Part shown: in pieces, positions 25,474 through 35,232 of the stretch | How the letters are laid out: each line of letters opens with the position of its first letter | Position numbering within the stretch: position 1 is the first letter of the stretch | Assembly: GCA_025451195.1 (NCBI GenBank) | Contig: JANWKV010000017.1 | Span: forward strand, 2,471 to 66,470 | DNA: 64,000 bases | Reading direction: 5' to 3' | Source: Candidatus Microgenomates bacterium | Lineage (GTDB): Bacteria; Patescibacteriota; Microgenomatia; Levybacterales; UBA12049 | The notes under the pieces: generated by a model | What the model was told of the DNA's origin: nothing | Databases searched by the model: none | The model's input: the letters and a program-made list of their open reading frames with translations, nothing else | Position numbers and translations under genes: made by a program

Positions 25474-26297
25474 CTAATGTTTATTTCTTAGGGCCTGAAA
25501 AATCATTTAGCGAAATAATTACAAAAAAAGTTCTTGATTCAAATCTTTATATTTTTACTCCTTGCAAATCTTTTATAGAGATCGGTGAAAAAGTTTTGGA
25601 AGATAAGGGTTCTGTTGGCGTTTTGCCGATCGAAAATTCCATAACAAGCGACATTCATGAAAATATAGATTTTTTATTCAAAAACAATTTAAACATCGTA
25701 AAAGAAGCATATCTTAATATTAACCTGCATTTAATTGGACTAAAGGCAAGCAAATTAGAAAATATAAAAACAGTATTGTCCCATCCCAGGGCAATTTTAC
25801 AATGCACAAATTTTATAAAAAAACATAATTTTCAACTGGTTGAAACCCTTAGCACCGCGGGAGCAAAAAATATTTTAGAAAAAAATAAAAATCAGAGCCA
25901 AGCATTAATTGGCAGTAAAGAATTGGTAAAAAATGAAGATCAATTTATTATTCTCAAAGAAAATATAGGAAACATTAAATTTAACAGGACCCGTTTTGCA
26001 TTCGTAAGTTCAAAGGATAAAGAAAATATGGGCAATAAAGCTTCCATAGCATTTAAGGTTTTACACAAACCAGGATCTTTAGCTAAGATTTTTTCAGTGA
26101 TTGCCGAAAAAAACCTAAACGTTGATAAAATTGAATCACGCCCAATCCCCGGTACAAATTGGGAGTATTATTTTTGGGTTGATATTGAATCTCATGAAAA
26201 TCTAAAAATAGCTAAAATCGATGAGATTTTTAAACAAAATACTCTAGAATATATTATACTTGGGGTGTATAAGAGAGGAGAAGTTTTCGAAAGTTAA
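25470..26297 (+). CDS. pheA: Prephenate dehydratase with ACT domain
   Basis: LGPEKSFS, LPIENS, SHPRAILQC, NRTRF, KIESRP motifs. Confidence 0.92.
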   Translation: MTNVYFLGPEKSFSEIITKKVLDSNLYIFTPCKSFIEIGEKVLEDKGSVGVLPIENSITSDIHENIDFLFKNNLNIVKEAYLNINLHLIGLKASKLENIKTVLSHPRAILQCTNFIKKHNFQLVETLSTAGAKNILEKNKNQSQALIGSKELVKNEDQFIILKENIGNIKFNRTRFAFVSSKDKENMGNKASIAFKVLHKPGSLAKIFSVIAEKNLNVDKIESRPIPGTNWEYYFWVDIESHENLKIAKIDEIFKQNTLEYIILGVYKRGEVFES

Positions 26298-26299
26298 CT

Positions 26300-26560
26300 A
26301 TGAACGAATTGAAAGATTTAAGAAAAGAAATAGATGCCATTGATAACCATTTGCTGGATCTTATTCAGAAAAGACTTATTGTTATGAAACAAACGGGCGA
26401 TGCAAAAAAAAGATTAGGTAAATCTTTAAAAGATGAAAAAAGAGAAAAAGAAAAAATTTCTCTTCTTGAAAAAAGGTCTAAAGAACTTGGAATTCCTGTT
26501 AGAATAGTTTTAAAAATTTGGCAAATATTTTTTCGCAACTCAGAAGAGATAGAAAAGTAA
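26300..26560 (+). CDS. Chorismate mutase (AroQ type)
   Basis: LKDLRKEIDAID...KR...K...D.KRE pattern; 86 aa. Confidence 0.88.
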   Translation: MNELKDLRKEIDAIDNHLLDLIQKRLIVMKQTGDAKKRLGKSLKDEKREKEKISLLEKRSKELGIPVRIVLKIWQIFFRNSEEIEK

Positions 26561-26589
26561 ATAATATAAATGATATACTCAAAAAGCAA

Positions 26590-27813
26590 ATGGACAAAAT
26601 AGAAGAATTATTAACAAGAGGTGTTGACAAAGTTTATCCCACGAAAGAAGATTTGGAAAAAGTTCTCCGCTCAGGTAAAAAACTTACACTTTATCAAGGA
26701 TTTGACCCAACTGGCACCCAGCTTCATTTAGGCCACATTGTGGGACTTAGAAAATTAAAACAATGGCAAAACCTAGGACATCATGTAATTTTTTTAATTG
26801 GTGACGGAACAGGTCAGGCAGGCGATCCATCAGGTAAACTAAAATCAAGAGAAAGATTTTTCACAACAGACGAACTTCGCAAAAATGCACTGGATTACGT
26901 AAAGCAGGCCTCAAAGATTGTAAATTTTGAAGGTGATAACCCCATTGAAATTAAATATAACGGCGATTGGCTTAATAAATTAAACTTAACAAAGCTTCTT
27001 GATCTTGCTGGACATTTTACAGTACAACAAATGATAGAACGCGACATGTTTCAAAAACGGATAAAAGAAAATGCGTCGATAAATTTAAGGGAATTTTTAT
27101 ATCCCTTGCTGCAAGGATATGATTCTGTCGCAATGAACGTTGATTTGGAACTAGGTGGCACAGACCAAACTTTTAATATGCTTGCGGGACGCCAATTGGT
27201 AAAAGATTACTTACAAAAAGAAAAATTTGTCATGACAACCCCGCTTCTCACAGATTCCAAGGGTACAAAAATCGGCAAATCAGAAGGAAATGTTATAGCC
27301 CTTATAGACAAACCCGGAGACTTGTTTGGAAAAGTTATGACGCTACCTGATGATGTTATCGCAAAAGCTTTTGAATACTTAACTGATATTCCAATGGAAG
27401 ACATAAAAAAGATTAGCGAAGACATGAGCAAAGGAATAAATCCTGTTAATCATAAGAAAGAACTTGCGTTTGAGATTGTTAAACAACTTAATGATGATCT
27501 ATCCGCAAACAAAGCCCAAGAAGAATTTGAGAAAGTAATACAAAATAAAGAGCAGCCATCGGAACTCAAAATTTCTGTATTTGATGAGTCTTTCGCGTCA
27601 GAGGCTTCTATTGCAGCAGCAATGACAGCTACAGGAACGGCATCAAGTATTTCAGATGCAAAAAGGACTGCAGAACAAGGTGGTGTTAGTATTAATGGAG
27701 AGTTAATTAAAGACGTAAATGTTCCTTTCAACCAATACTTAAACGAAGATGAAATCATAATAAAAAGAGGCAAACATAATATTGTTAAAGTTAAAATCGA
27801 TAAGAAAAAGTAA
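26590..27813 (+). CDS. tyrS: Tyrosine--tRNA ligase
   Basis: GFDPTG.LHLGH, YPLLQGYD, GGTDQ, KIGKS, C-terminal S4 domain; ATG 26590 preferred over the track's TTG. Confidence 0.96.
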   Translation: MDKIEELLTRGVDKVYPTKEDLEKVLRSGKKLTLYQGFDPTGTQLHLGHIVGLRKLKQWQNLGHHVIFLIGDGTGQAGDPSGKLKSRERFFTTDELRKNALDYVKQASKIVNFEGDNPIEIKYNGDWLNKLNLTKLLDLAGHFTVQQMIERDMFQKRIKENASINLREFLYPLLQGYDSVAMNVDLELGGTDQTFNMLAGRQLVKDYLQKEKFVMTTPLLTDSKGTKIGKSEGNVIALIDKPGDLFGKVMTLPDDVIAKAFEYLTDIPMEDIKKISEDMSKGINPVNHKKELAFEIVKQLNDDLSANKAQEEFEKVIQNKEQPSELKISVFDESFASEASIAAAMTATGTASSISDAKRTAEQGGVSINGELIKDVNVPFNQYLNEDEIIIKRGKHNIVKVKIDKKK

Positions 27814-27817
27814 TTAT

Positions 27818-29368
27818 ATGAAAAAATTTGCTTTAATTAGTGTTTTTGATAAAACAGATGTTGGTTTTTTTGCCAAAAAATTAATTGATCTGGATTATAC
27901 GATAACTTCAACTGGAGGAACTGCAAAAGCTTTAGAGAGTGAAGATATTCCTTTTGTGCCAATTCAAGAAATTACAGGAAACCCCGAAAGCTTTGATGGA
28001 AGGATGAAGACAATTAGTTTCCAAATAGAATCGGGAATTTTATATGACCGCACAAACAAGAAACATCTTAAAGAAGCGGAAGATTTAAACATTCTGCCAA
28101 TAGATATTGTTGTTTGCAATTTATACCCTTTTGAGAAAACAATTTCTAAAGAAAACGTTAATTTAGACGAAGCGGTTGAAAATATAGATGTTGGTGGACC
28201 AACAATGGTAAGAGCAGCTGCAAAAAATTTTAAGAATGTTTTGATTGTTGTTAACCCAAAAGATTATAAAGAAATAGAACAAAAACTGGAAAATAATAAT
28301 ATAGATGATGTTTTCAGGAAAAAATTAGCAGCAAAAGCATTTGCTCATTTATCATTTTACGATAGTCAAATAGCAACGTACCTTGGCGGCGAATTGTTTC
28401 CCGAAGAGATTACAATTCCGGGACGTAAATTAACAGACCTTCGATATGGAGAAAATCCTCACCAAAGAGGTGCGGTTTATGTAAAACCAGGATTTGATTC
28501 ATCTTTAAAAAATTTGGACAAAAAGTGGGGGAGGGAATTATCTCTAATTAATGTTAATGATATTAATGCAGGACTTGAATCAGTTAGACTTTTTAGAAAC
28601 CCGACTGCTGCAGTTATAAAACATAATAGTCCGTCAGGCATTGCACTTGGAGAAAATGCAAAGGAAGCTTTGAATCGGGCAATTGAGGCAGATCCTGAAT
28701 CCGCGTTTGGAGGAATAATTGTATTGAACGAACCTATGACACTTGACAGCGCGAAAGTTATAGGCAGTTTTAAAGAAGAAAAAAGAGGAAATATAGACAT
28801 TGTTGCAATTCCGGAAATTGATGATGATGCGCTTGAATATTTAACAAGGGTTAGAAAAACAATGGGAATTTATACATTTGGGAAAATTCCAAAAAGTCTT
28901 GATCCAGTTAACATTAAATGGATCGACGGAGGTTTTATTTTACAAACCGCAGATATAGACGTAGACAAAGGGTTTGAAAAGTGGAAAATTGTAACAAAAA
29001 AAACCCCAACCCAAAAACAAATGCAACAAATGGAAATAGCATGGAAATTTATAACAAGAATAAAATCAAATTCGGTAATTATTGTTGATAAAGATTTACC
29101 AATGACAAGAGGTATTGGATCTGGTCAAACATCACGCGTTAGATCCACAAAAATCGCACTCGAACAAGCCGGAAAATTTGGCAAAGATGCCATTTTGGCA
29201 AGCGACAGTTTTTTCCCTTTCCCCGACAGTATCCAGGCGGCCGGTAAAGCAGGTATTACCGCTGTTGTACAACAGGGAGGATCAATCAATGACCAAGCAT
29301 CTATTGACGAAGCGGATAAAAATGATATAACAATGGTATTCACAGGCCGGAGAGCTTTCTGGCATTAA
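27818..29368 (+). CDS. purH: Bifunctional AICAR transformylase/IMP cyclohydrolase
   Basis: ALISVFDK, STGGTA, ENIDVGGP, LRYGENPHQ, ASDSFFPF, GRRAFWH motifs. Confidence 0.95.
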   Translation: MKKFALISVFDKTDVGFFAKKLIDLDYTITSTGGTAKALESEDIPFVPIQEITGNPESFDGRMKTISFQIESGILYDRTNKKHLKEAEDLNILPIDIVVCNLYPFEKTISKENVNLDEAVENIDVGGPTMVRAAAKNFKNVLIVVNPKDYKEIEQKLENNNIDDVFRKKLAAKAFAHLSFYDSQIATYLGGELFPEEITIPGRKLTDLRYGENPHQRGAVYVKPGFDSSLKNLDKKWGRELSLINVNDINAGLESVRLFRNPTAAVIKHNSPSGIALGENAKEALNRAIEADPESAFGGIIVLNEPMTLDSAKVIGSFKEEKRGNIDIVAIPEIDDDALEYLTRVRKTMGIYTFGKIPKSLDPVNIKWIDGGFILQTADIDVDKGFEKWKIVTKKTPTQKQMQQMEIAWKFITRIKSNSVIIVDKDLPMTRGIGSGQTSRVRSTKIALEQAGKFGKDAILASDSFFPFPDSIQAAGKAGITAVVQQGGSINDQASIDEADKNDITMVFTGRRAFWH

Positions 29369-29370
29369 AT

Positions 29371-29478
29371 ATGGAAATATTTAGAAAACACTCTTGGATT
29401 TGGAAAGTAATCGTTATTGTCGCATCGTTAGCACTTATACTTGCGCCAATTTTGTCTTACTTACAGTTTCTTCAATAA
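29371..29478 (+). CDS. Small single-TM protein, 35 aa (MEIFRKHSWIWKVIVIVASLALILAPILSYLQFLQ)
   Basis: ORF fills the purH-recG gap (2 nt and 4 nt spacing); basic N-terminus then a hydrophobic helix. Confidence 0.6.
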   Translation: MEIFRKHSWIWKVIVIVASLALILAPILSYLQFLQ

Positions 29479-29482
29479 TTAA

Positions 29483-31516
29483 ATGAATTTTAATACACAG
29501 CTCGCAACCCTTGGCGGTGCTTTTAAGCTTTATGCAAAACGTCTGCAAAAATTAGGGATTTTTACAGTAAACGACCTTCTTTACCATATTCCATTTAGAT
29601 ATGAAGATTTTTCCAATATTTCAAAAATAAACAGGCTAAGTCTTGGGGAAATTACTACTCTTCAAGGGAAAGTTACCGAAATTAAAAATATATATACAAA
29701 AAATTTTAAAAAAATCCAGGAAGCTAGAATAGCTGATGAGACAGGATCTGTTGATACAATCTGGTTTAATCAACCTTTTTTAACCAGAGTTATTCATGCA
29801 GGTGATGAAATATCCATTTCAGGCAGAGCAGACTGGTATAACAGAAAAGTTTCCATGGTTTCTCCACAATATGAAATAGTTTATGAAAAAGATAATCTGG
29901 GAAATTTTAAAACAATCCATACAGGAAGATTTGTACCCGTATACTCTGAAACAAAAGGCGTAAGTTCCAAATGGTTGAGACGTCAAATTTATAAAATAAT
30001 TTACGAATATAAACTGATTCAAGAAGAGTATATTCCTTATCCAATATTAAAAGATCAAGATTTGATCGGAATAAACGAAGCAATTGAACAAATTCATTTC
30101 CCAAACAAATTAGAACAAACTGTTAAGGCAAAGCAAAGGTTATCGTTTGATGAGTTATTCCTGATGCTGCTTTCCGCGGAAAGCAGAAAGAAAAATTGGA
30201 GGAAAATTTTGAAAGGTAAAGCTTTTGAGGTTGAAAATTTTAAAACAAATATATCCCGTTTTTGGGAAAGTCTTCCATTTGATCTAACAAATGCACAACT
30301 TAAATCTATTCATGACATCTTAGCAGACGTCTCAAAAGAAACTCCAATGAATAGGCTTTTACAGGGGGACGTAGGTAGTGGAAAAACTGTTGTTGCAACA
30401 ATAATAATGTATTTAGCTTTTTTAAATAATATGCAGTCAATCCTTATGGCACCAACCCAAATTTTAGCCGAGCAACATTTTTCTACAATAAGCAAATTGC
30501 TCTCTCCGCTTAAAATTAGCGTTGAGCTGGCAACAGGTTCTGTAAAGCCAAAAAATAAATTTGATATTCTTGTTGGGACGCATGCCGTACTTTCGGAGAA
30601 AATTAATTTTGACAATTTGGGTCTTGTCGTAATTGACGAGCAACAAAGGTTTGGAGTGGAACAAAGGGCAATAATCAGAAAAAAAGGAGATAACCCCCAC
30701 GTCTTAACAATGACGGCAACACCAATTCCTAGAACAGTTGCTCTTACATTATACGGAGACTTGGATTTATCGGTTTTAGATGAAATGCCAAAAGGCAGAA
30801 AATTTATAAAAACATGGCTGGTGCCAAACGAAAAACGGGAGAACGGTTATAAATGGATGGAAAAAGAACTTAAAGAGAACAATTCGCAAGCATTTATTGT
30901 ATGCCCTTTTATTGAAGAGTCAGAAAGTATGACAACTGTAAAAGCGGCGACAAAAGAATTTGAAACTTTACAAAAAAATGTTTTCTCAAACCTTAAACTT
31001 GGGCTTTTGCATGGAAAAATGAAGGCAACCGAAAAATCAAAAATATTGGAAAAGTTTAGAAAGAATGAAATCGATATTTTAGTCGCAACGCCTGTTGTTG
31101 AGGTTGGTATTGATTTCCCCAATGCAACAATAATTGTAATTGAAGCGGCTGAAAGATTTGGACTTGCGGGACTTCACCAGTTAAGAGGGCGCGTTGGCAG
31201 GGGAGAAAAAAAATCATATTGTCTACTTTTTACAGAATCTTTAAACCCCGAAACAAAACAAAGATTAACAGCCATGGAAAAAATCCATAATGGGGCAGAG
31301 CTTGCAGAACTTGATTTACAACTGAGAGGCCCGGGAGAAATTTATGGGACAGTCCAAAGCGGAAAAAGAGTTTTAAAGGTTGCAACGTTTTCCGATTTGA
31401 CTCTTATTGAAAAGGCAAAAAGTGAAGCACAAAAAATTTTACCGGAAATTGACAAATATCCAATACTTTTAGCTAAAGTACAAAATACAAATGCCAAGGA
31501 AATTAGTCCGGACTAG
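29483..31516 (+). CDS. recG: ATP-dependent DNA helicase RecG
   Basis: GDVGSGKT, DEQQRFG, MTATPIPR, HQLRGRVGRG, DLQLRGPG motifs. Confidence 0.96.
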   Translation: MNFNTQLATLGGAFKLYAKRLQKLGIFTVNDLLYHIPFRYEDFSNISKINRLSLGEITTLQGKVTEIKNIYTKNFKKIQEARIADETGSVDTIWFNQPFLTRVIHAGDEISISGRADWYNRKVSMVSPQYEIVYEKDNLGNFKTIHTGRFVPVYSETKGVSSKWLRRQIYKIIYEYKLIQEEYIPYPILKDQDLIGINEAIEQIHFPNKLEQTVKAKQRLSFDELFLMLLSAESRKKNWRKILKGKAFEVENFKTNISRFWESLPFDLTNAQLKSIHDILADVSKETPMNRLLQGDVGSGKTVVATIIMYLAFLNNMQSILMAPTQILAEQHFSTISKLLSPLKISVELATGSVKPKNKFDILVGTHAVLSEKINFDNLGLVVIDEQQRFGVEQRAIIRKKGDNPHVLTMTATPIPRTVALTLYGDLDLSVLDEMPKGRKFIKTWLVPNEKRENGYKWMEKELKENNSQAFIVCPFIEESESMTTVKAATKEFETLQKNVFSNLKLGLLHGKMKATEKSKILEKFRKNEIDILVATPVVEVGIDFPNATIIVIEAAERFGLAGLHQLRGRVGRGEKKSYCLLFTESLNPETKQRLTAMEKIHNGAELAELDLQLRGPGEIYGTVQSGKRVLKVATFSDLTLIEKAKSEAQKILPEIDKYPILLAKVQNTNAKEISPD

Positions 31517-31607
31517 TAATCTCTGATTACAAATCTAAAGTAATGCTTGTAAATAAAGCTAAAATTAGGTAAAATATGAATTAGCTGAAAATTACAGCTA
31601 ACTCAAT

Positions 31608-31802
31608 ATGCCGCACGAACCAAAGAAAAGACATTCAAGGGAAAGAAAGGGAGAAAGAAGAGCAGCTATTAAATTGGCTGTTAAAAAATCTATAAAGTGC
31701 CCGAATTGCGGGGCAGCAACTTTACCGCATATGGTTTGTAAATCCTGCGGATTTTACAAAGGGCAGGAAGCGGTAAAAACTAAAAAACAGGCAGCAAAAT
31801 AA
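31608..31802 (+). CDS. rpmF: 50S ribosomal protein L32
   Basis: PKKRHS, CPNCG...[12 protein letters not shown] zinc motif. Confidence 0.93.
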   Translation: MPHEPKKRHSRERKGERRAAIKLAVKKSIKCPNCGAATLPHMVCKSCGFYKGQEAVKTKKQAAK

Positions 31803-31804
31803 CC

Positions 31805-32158
31805 ATGAAAAGTCCTCATGATCCCCGCCACATCAAAAGAAAAAAACTTTTGGAAGAACTATTCAGCCTTGAATTTCATAAACAACGTGTAAGTCCGGAA
31901 ACGGAAAAAATAATACTAAATACAAAAGTTATAGATGAAAAAATAACAAAAGCAGCTCCGGAATTTCCGGTTGAAAAAATAAACAAAGTAGACCTTGCAA
32001 TTTTAAGGCTTGCAATGTATGAACTTTTTATAAGTAAGGAGAGTCCGGCTAAAGTAATTATTGACGAGGCTATAGAACTTGCCAAAGAATACGGCGGAGA
32101 TACAAGCCCTGCATTTATAAACGGCGCACTTGGGCATATAACAACAAATGATAAATAA
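31805..32158 (+). CDS. nusB: Transcription antitermination factor NusB
   Basis: [29 protein letters not shown] motifs. Confidence 0.93.
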   Translation: MKSPHDPRHIKRKKLLEELFSLEFHKQRVSPETEKIILNTKVIDEKITKAAPEFPVEKINKVDLAILRLAMYELFISKESPAKVIIDEAIELAKEYGGDTSPAFINGALGHITTNDK

Positions 32159-32813
32159 TCTTCCAGAATTCAAAAATCAAAAACTATTTGACCAGGCATT
32201 TACGCACAGATCTTATCTTAACGAGGTAAAAGAAAATATAGACTCAAACGAACGACTAGAATTCTTAGGCGATAGTATTCTGTCTTTTCTTGTTTCCCGA
32301 TTTTTGTATCAAAAGTATCCGGATTTTAACGAGGGAGTTTTAACAAATATCCGTTCTCTTTTGGTAAATACAAGAAGTTTGGGGGAAACAGCCAAAAAAT
32401 TAGGGTTTGGAGACCTTTTAAAACTCTCCAAAGGCGAACATGAGGCACAAGGCAGGAAAAACCAAAGCCTTTTAGCCGACAGCTACGAAGCTTTTATTGG
32501 TGCTCTATTTTTAGATCAGGGGCTTGAAAAAGTAGCAGAATTTGTTAATGACTCGCTTCTGACAAGCGTTTCGGAATTGGTTGAGAAAAAAACGTTTAAA
32601 GATCCGAAAAGCCTACTTCAGGAGTATGCACAGTCAAAAAAGAAAGGCTCTCCATTGTATAAGGTTATTCTGGAAGAAGGGCCTGCACACGCAAAAGTAT
32701 TTACAGTTGCAGTCTACGTTTCGGGAAAACTTGTTGGAGAAGGAACAGGAAAATCCAAACAACAGGCTGAGGAACAGGCTGCAAGACAGGCTCTTGAGAA
32801 CGATGATAAATAA
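32148..32813 (+). CDS. rnc: Ribonuclease III
   Basis: [10 protein letters not shown] signature, C-terminal dsRBD ([17 protein letters not shown]). Confidence 0.96.
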   Translation: MINNLPEFKNQKLFDQAFTHRSYLNEVKENIDSNERLEFLGDSILSFLVSRFLYQKYPDFNEGVLTNIRSLLVNTRSLGETAKKLGFGDLLKLSKGEHEAQGRKNQSLLADSYEAFIGALFLDQGLEKVAEFVNDSLLTSVSELVEKKTFKDPKSLLQEYAQSKKKGSPLYKVILEEGPAHAKVFTVAVYVSGKLVGEGTGKSKQQAEEQAARQALENDDK

Positions 32814-32829
32814 TGGTAAAATATAACTT

Positions 32830-33063
32830 ATGTCACTTGTAATAAGACTAATGCGAGTAGGGAAAAAAGGCGAAAGCAAATACCGCCTTGTTGTTAAGGA
32901 GAAACGGGACAGAAGAGACGGCAAAGCTGTTGAGTACCTGGGGTCTTTTGAAAAAATGGCAGGTGGAAAAAGTACTAAAAAAATTAATCTTAACAGAATA
33001 AAATATTGGCTATCTGTTGGAGCCAGACCAACGCCTACTGTTAAAAAAATTATAGAAGCATGA
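32830..33063 (+). CDS. rpsP: 30S ribosomal protein S16
   Basis: IRLMRVGKK, YRLVV, RRDG, YWLSVGARPT motifs. Confidence 0.95.
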   Translation: MSLVIRLMRVGKKGESKYRLVVKEKRDRRDGKAVEYLGSFEKMAGGKSTKKINLNRIKYWLSVGARPTPTVKKIIEA

Positions 33064-33293
33064 AAGACACACTTTCCTTCTTAGTCAGTTCAATTGTTGA
33101 TAAGCCGGAGTCTGTTGTTATTGACGAAAACCTTGAAGAAGGAATTATAAATTTTGTCATTCACGTAGACAAAGACGATATAGGCAAAGTTATTGGGAAA
33201 GAAGGAAAGGTCATAAGAGCATTAAGGAATGCAATGAAAATACCCGCAATAAAGCAAAATAAAAGAATCCATATTACCGTTGGAGAAGAATAA
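33060..33293 (+). CDS. khpA: KH-domain RNA-binding protein (KhpA/YlqC)
   Basis: DIGKVIGKEG KH motif; follows rpsP. Confidence 0.88.
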   Translation: MKDTLSFLVSSIVDKPESVVIDENLEEGIINFVIHVDKDDIGKVIGKEGKVIRALRNAMKIPAIKQNKRIHITVGEE

Positions 33294-33321
33294 ACAGAAC
33301 CTTTAAAATACCTGCGACCAC

Positions 33322-34029
33322 ATGAAAATATCAATCCTCACGCTTTTTCCGGAAATGTTTACCGGCCCACTAACAGAATCAATTATAAAAAGAGCAAGAG
33401 AAAAGAAATTAGTGGAAATTGAATTTTGCAATATCCGTGATTTTGGAATCGGAAAACACAAAGCAGTTGATGACAAACCGTTTGGCGGTGGAACCGGAAT
33501 GGTTATGAGAGTTGATGTTTTAGATAAAGCTATCAAAAATGTCAGGCAAAATGGGCTGAATAAATTCCAAGAAAAATGTGTGTTACTTGATGCCAGAGGA
33601 AAAGTTTTTATGCAGAGTGTTTCAAAATCGTTTTCAAAACTGGAACATCTAATTTTAGTATGCGGTCATTATGAAGGCGTTGACGAAAGGGTAAGAAGCC
33701 TAGTGGATGATGTTGTGTCAATTGGGGATTTTATTATAACAGGTGGAGAAATCCCTGCCATGATAATTGTTGATTCTGTTGTACGGCTTATTCCCGGTGT
33801 TTTAAAAGAAAATGCAACAAGTTACGAATCTTTTTCTTTAGCAGGTTTTGATGAAAAAAAAAATCTGGAATATCCTCAGTATACGCTGCCAAGAGATTAT
33901 AACTCTCTTTCCGTGCCAAATGTCCTTTTATCCGGCAACCATAAAGAAATTGAGAATTGGAAAAAGGAACAATCAATCTTAATTACAAAAAAACATAGGC
34001 CGGATCTTTTGGAAAATATTAAAGATTAA
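33322..34029 (+). CDS. trmD: tRNA (guanine-N1)-methyltransferase
   Basis: LTLFPEMF, VDDKPFGGGTGM, CGHYEGVDER, SIGDFIITGGE motifs. Confidence 0.96.
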   Translation: MKISILTLFPEMFTGPLTESIIKRAREKKLVEIEFCNIRDFGIGKHKAVDDKPFGGGTGMVMRVDVLDKAIKNVRQNGLNKFQEKCVLLDARGKVFMQSVSKSFSKLEHLILVCGHYEGVDERVRSLVDDVVSIGDFIITGGEIPAMIIVDSVVRLIPGVLKENATSYESFSLAGFDEKKNLEYPQYTLPRDYNSLSVPNVLLSGNHKEIENWKKEQSILITKKHRPDLLENIKD

Positions 34030-34699
34030 TGAGTGAATTTGAAGACGGCGGCAGTACAATTGACTCTTGAAGAGTTTGCAATAATTTCTTTTCCTGATCG
34101 CTAAGGACATTAACTGTTGTAATATTATCATTAAGAGATACGTTTGGGAACGGCTTAAAGTAGAAGACAGAAACAATAGTTACGGTATTATTTGAGATTT
34201 GTATATCAGCAATATCAGAAATTGGAGCTTGTTTTTTTAGTGATGAAATAAATTTTTTTGCTTCGGTAACGCCTCCGGTAATACTTAACCTAATTTGGAT
34301 TGTATTCCCGTTAGCTCCAGTTTTTGACAAATCACCAACATCAAAACTATAGTCTCCAAGCGCAGTGCCCGAAATAATTGCCGCTTGAGAAATAGCATTT
34401 AAAACTCCAATGTAATCCTTGTTTTGTGGCAATACCTGTGAAAGAAAAAGGATCTCGTTGTTTAAAATATCATCGTTGGTATTTGAAACAATATCAATGT
34501 TTTTGTTAAGTTGATCAATTTTTTGTATTGAGCTGCTCACCTGACTTCTAACAGAAACCCACTCTTGAATTTGCGGGAAAATTGCTTCAACAATAATTAC
34601 AATACATACTGCAAAAATAATGACTGGAGCTATAAACTGCTTATTTCTGTAGTATATTATCCTGAGTGTTGTTTGATTTACTGGAGAAGGTTTATTCAT
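34019..34699 (-). CDS. Type IV pilus alignment protein, PilO-like
   Basis: N-terminal TM helix plus coiled coil; third gene of a pilM-N-O arrangement. Confidence 0.6.
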   Translation of the reverse strand: MNKPSPVNQTTLRIIYYRNKQFIAPVIIFAVCIVIIVEAIFPQIQEWVSVRSQVSSSIQKIDQLNKNIDIVSNTNDDILNNEILFLSQVLPQNKDYIGVLNAISQAAIISGTALGDYSFDVGDLSKTGANGNTIQIRLSITGGVTEAKKFISSLKKQAPISDIADIQISNNTVTIVSVFYFKPFPNVSLNDNITTVNVLSDQEKKLLQTLQESIVLPPSSNSLINL

Positions 34700-35232
34700 A
34701 ATAATGTTACATCAAGTACTAAAATATATTTCCCCGATTGAATGTCGCCAACCAAACTCGAAACTGTAACTTTTTGAAAAATATGATTTTTGTTTATGTT
34801 ATTTATTATGTAATCTAAAAATGAATTTACTGAAAGCAAAGACGATGAAGAAACTGTAACGTTTAGACTATTTTTTGTAACCTCGAAAGAATCGAATTTT
34901 GAATCTTGCGGCAAAGCGCTAGAAACATTTACAAGAATATCTTCGTATGATTTGCTCTTTTTTTGAATATCCGAAATACTTTCAATTCTATCTTTAATTA
35001 AGGTCATTTTTACTATTTTCTTTTGTTGAGTGTGCAGCGTTTGATTTAAACTGTCTTCTTTTTTAGACAAAGTACCAAGTTCTGACGTACTGTTAAGAAC
35101 AAACAAACCAACAGAAGCAATAACACAAAGGCCTAAGAAAATATATGCAACTTTCTTTATATTCCCAGCCTGTCTATATGATATTGACGATTCTTTTCTT
35201 CTTGAAGATATTAAATTAACTTCTTTACTCAT
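34696..35232 (-). CDS. Type IV pilus alignment protein, PilN-like
   Basis: VNL motif, TM helix, coiled coil, ALP motif; follows pilM. Confidence 0.65.
   Translation of the reverse strand: MSKEVNLISSRRKESSISYRQAGNIKKVAYIFLGLCVIASVGLFVLNSTSELGTLSKKEDSLNQTLHTQQKKIVKMTLIKDRIESISDIQKKSKSYEDILVNVSSALPQDSKFDSFEVTKNSLNVTVSSSSLLSVNSFLDYIINNINKNHIFQKVTVSSLVGDIQSGKYILVLDVTLL

Noticed and set aside
33060-33322. No rimM between khpA and trmD
   Set aside because: The gene may lie elsewhere, and loss from this locus is common in reduced genomes; not assessable from this window.
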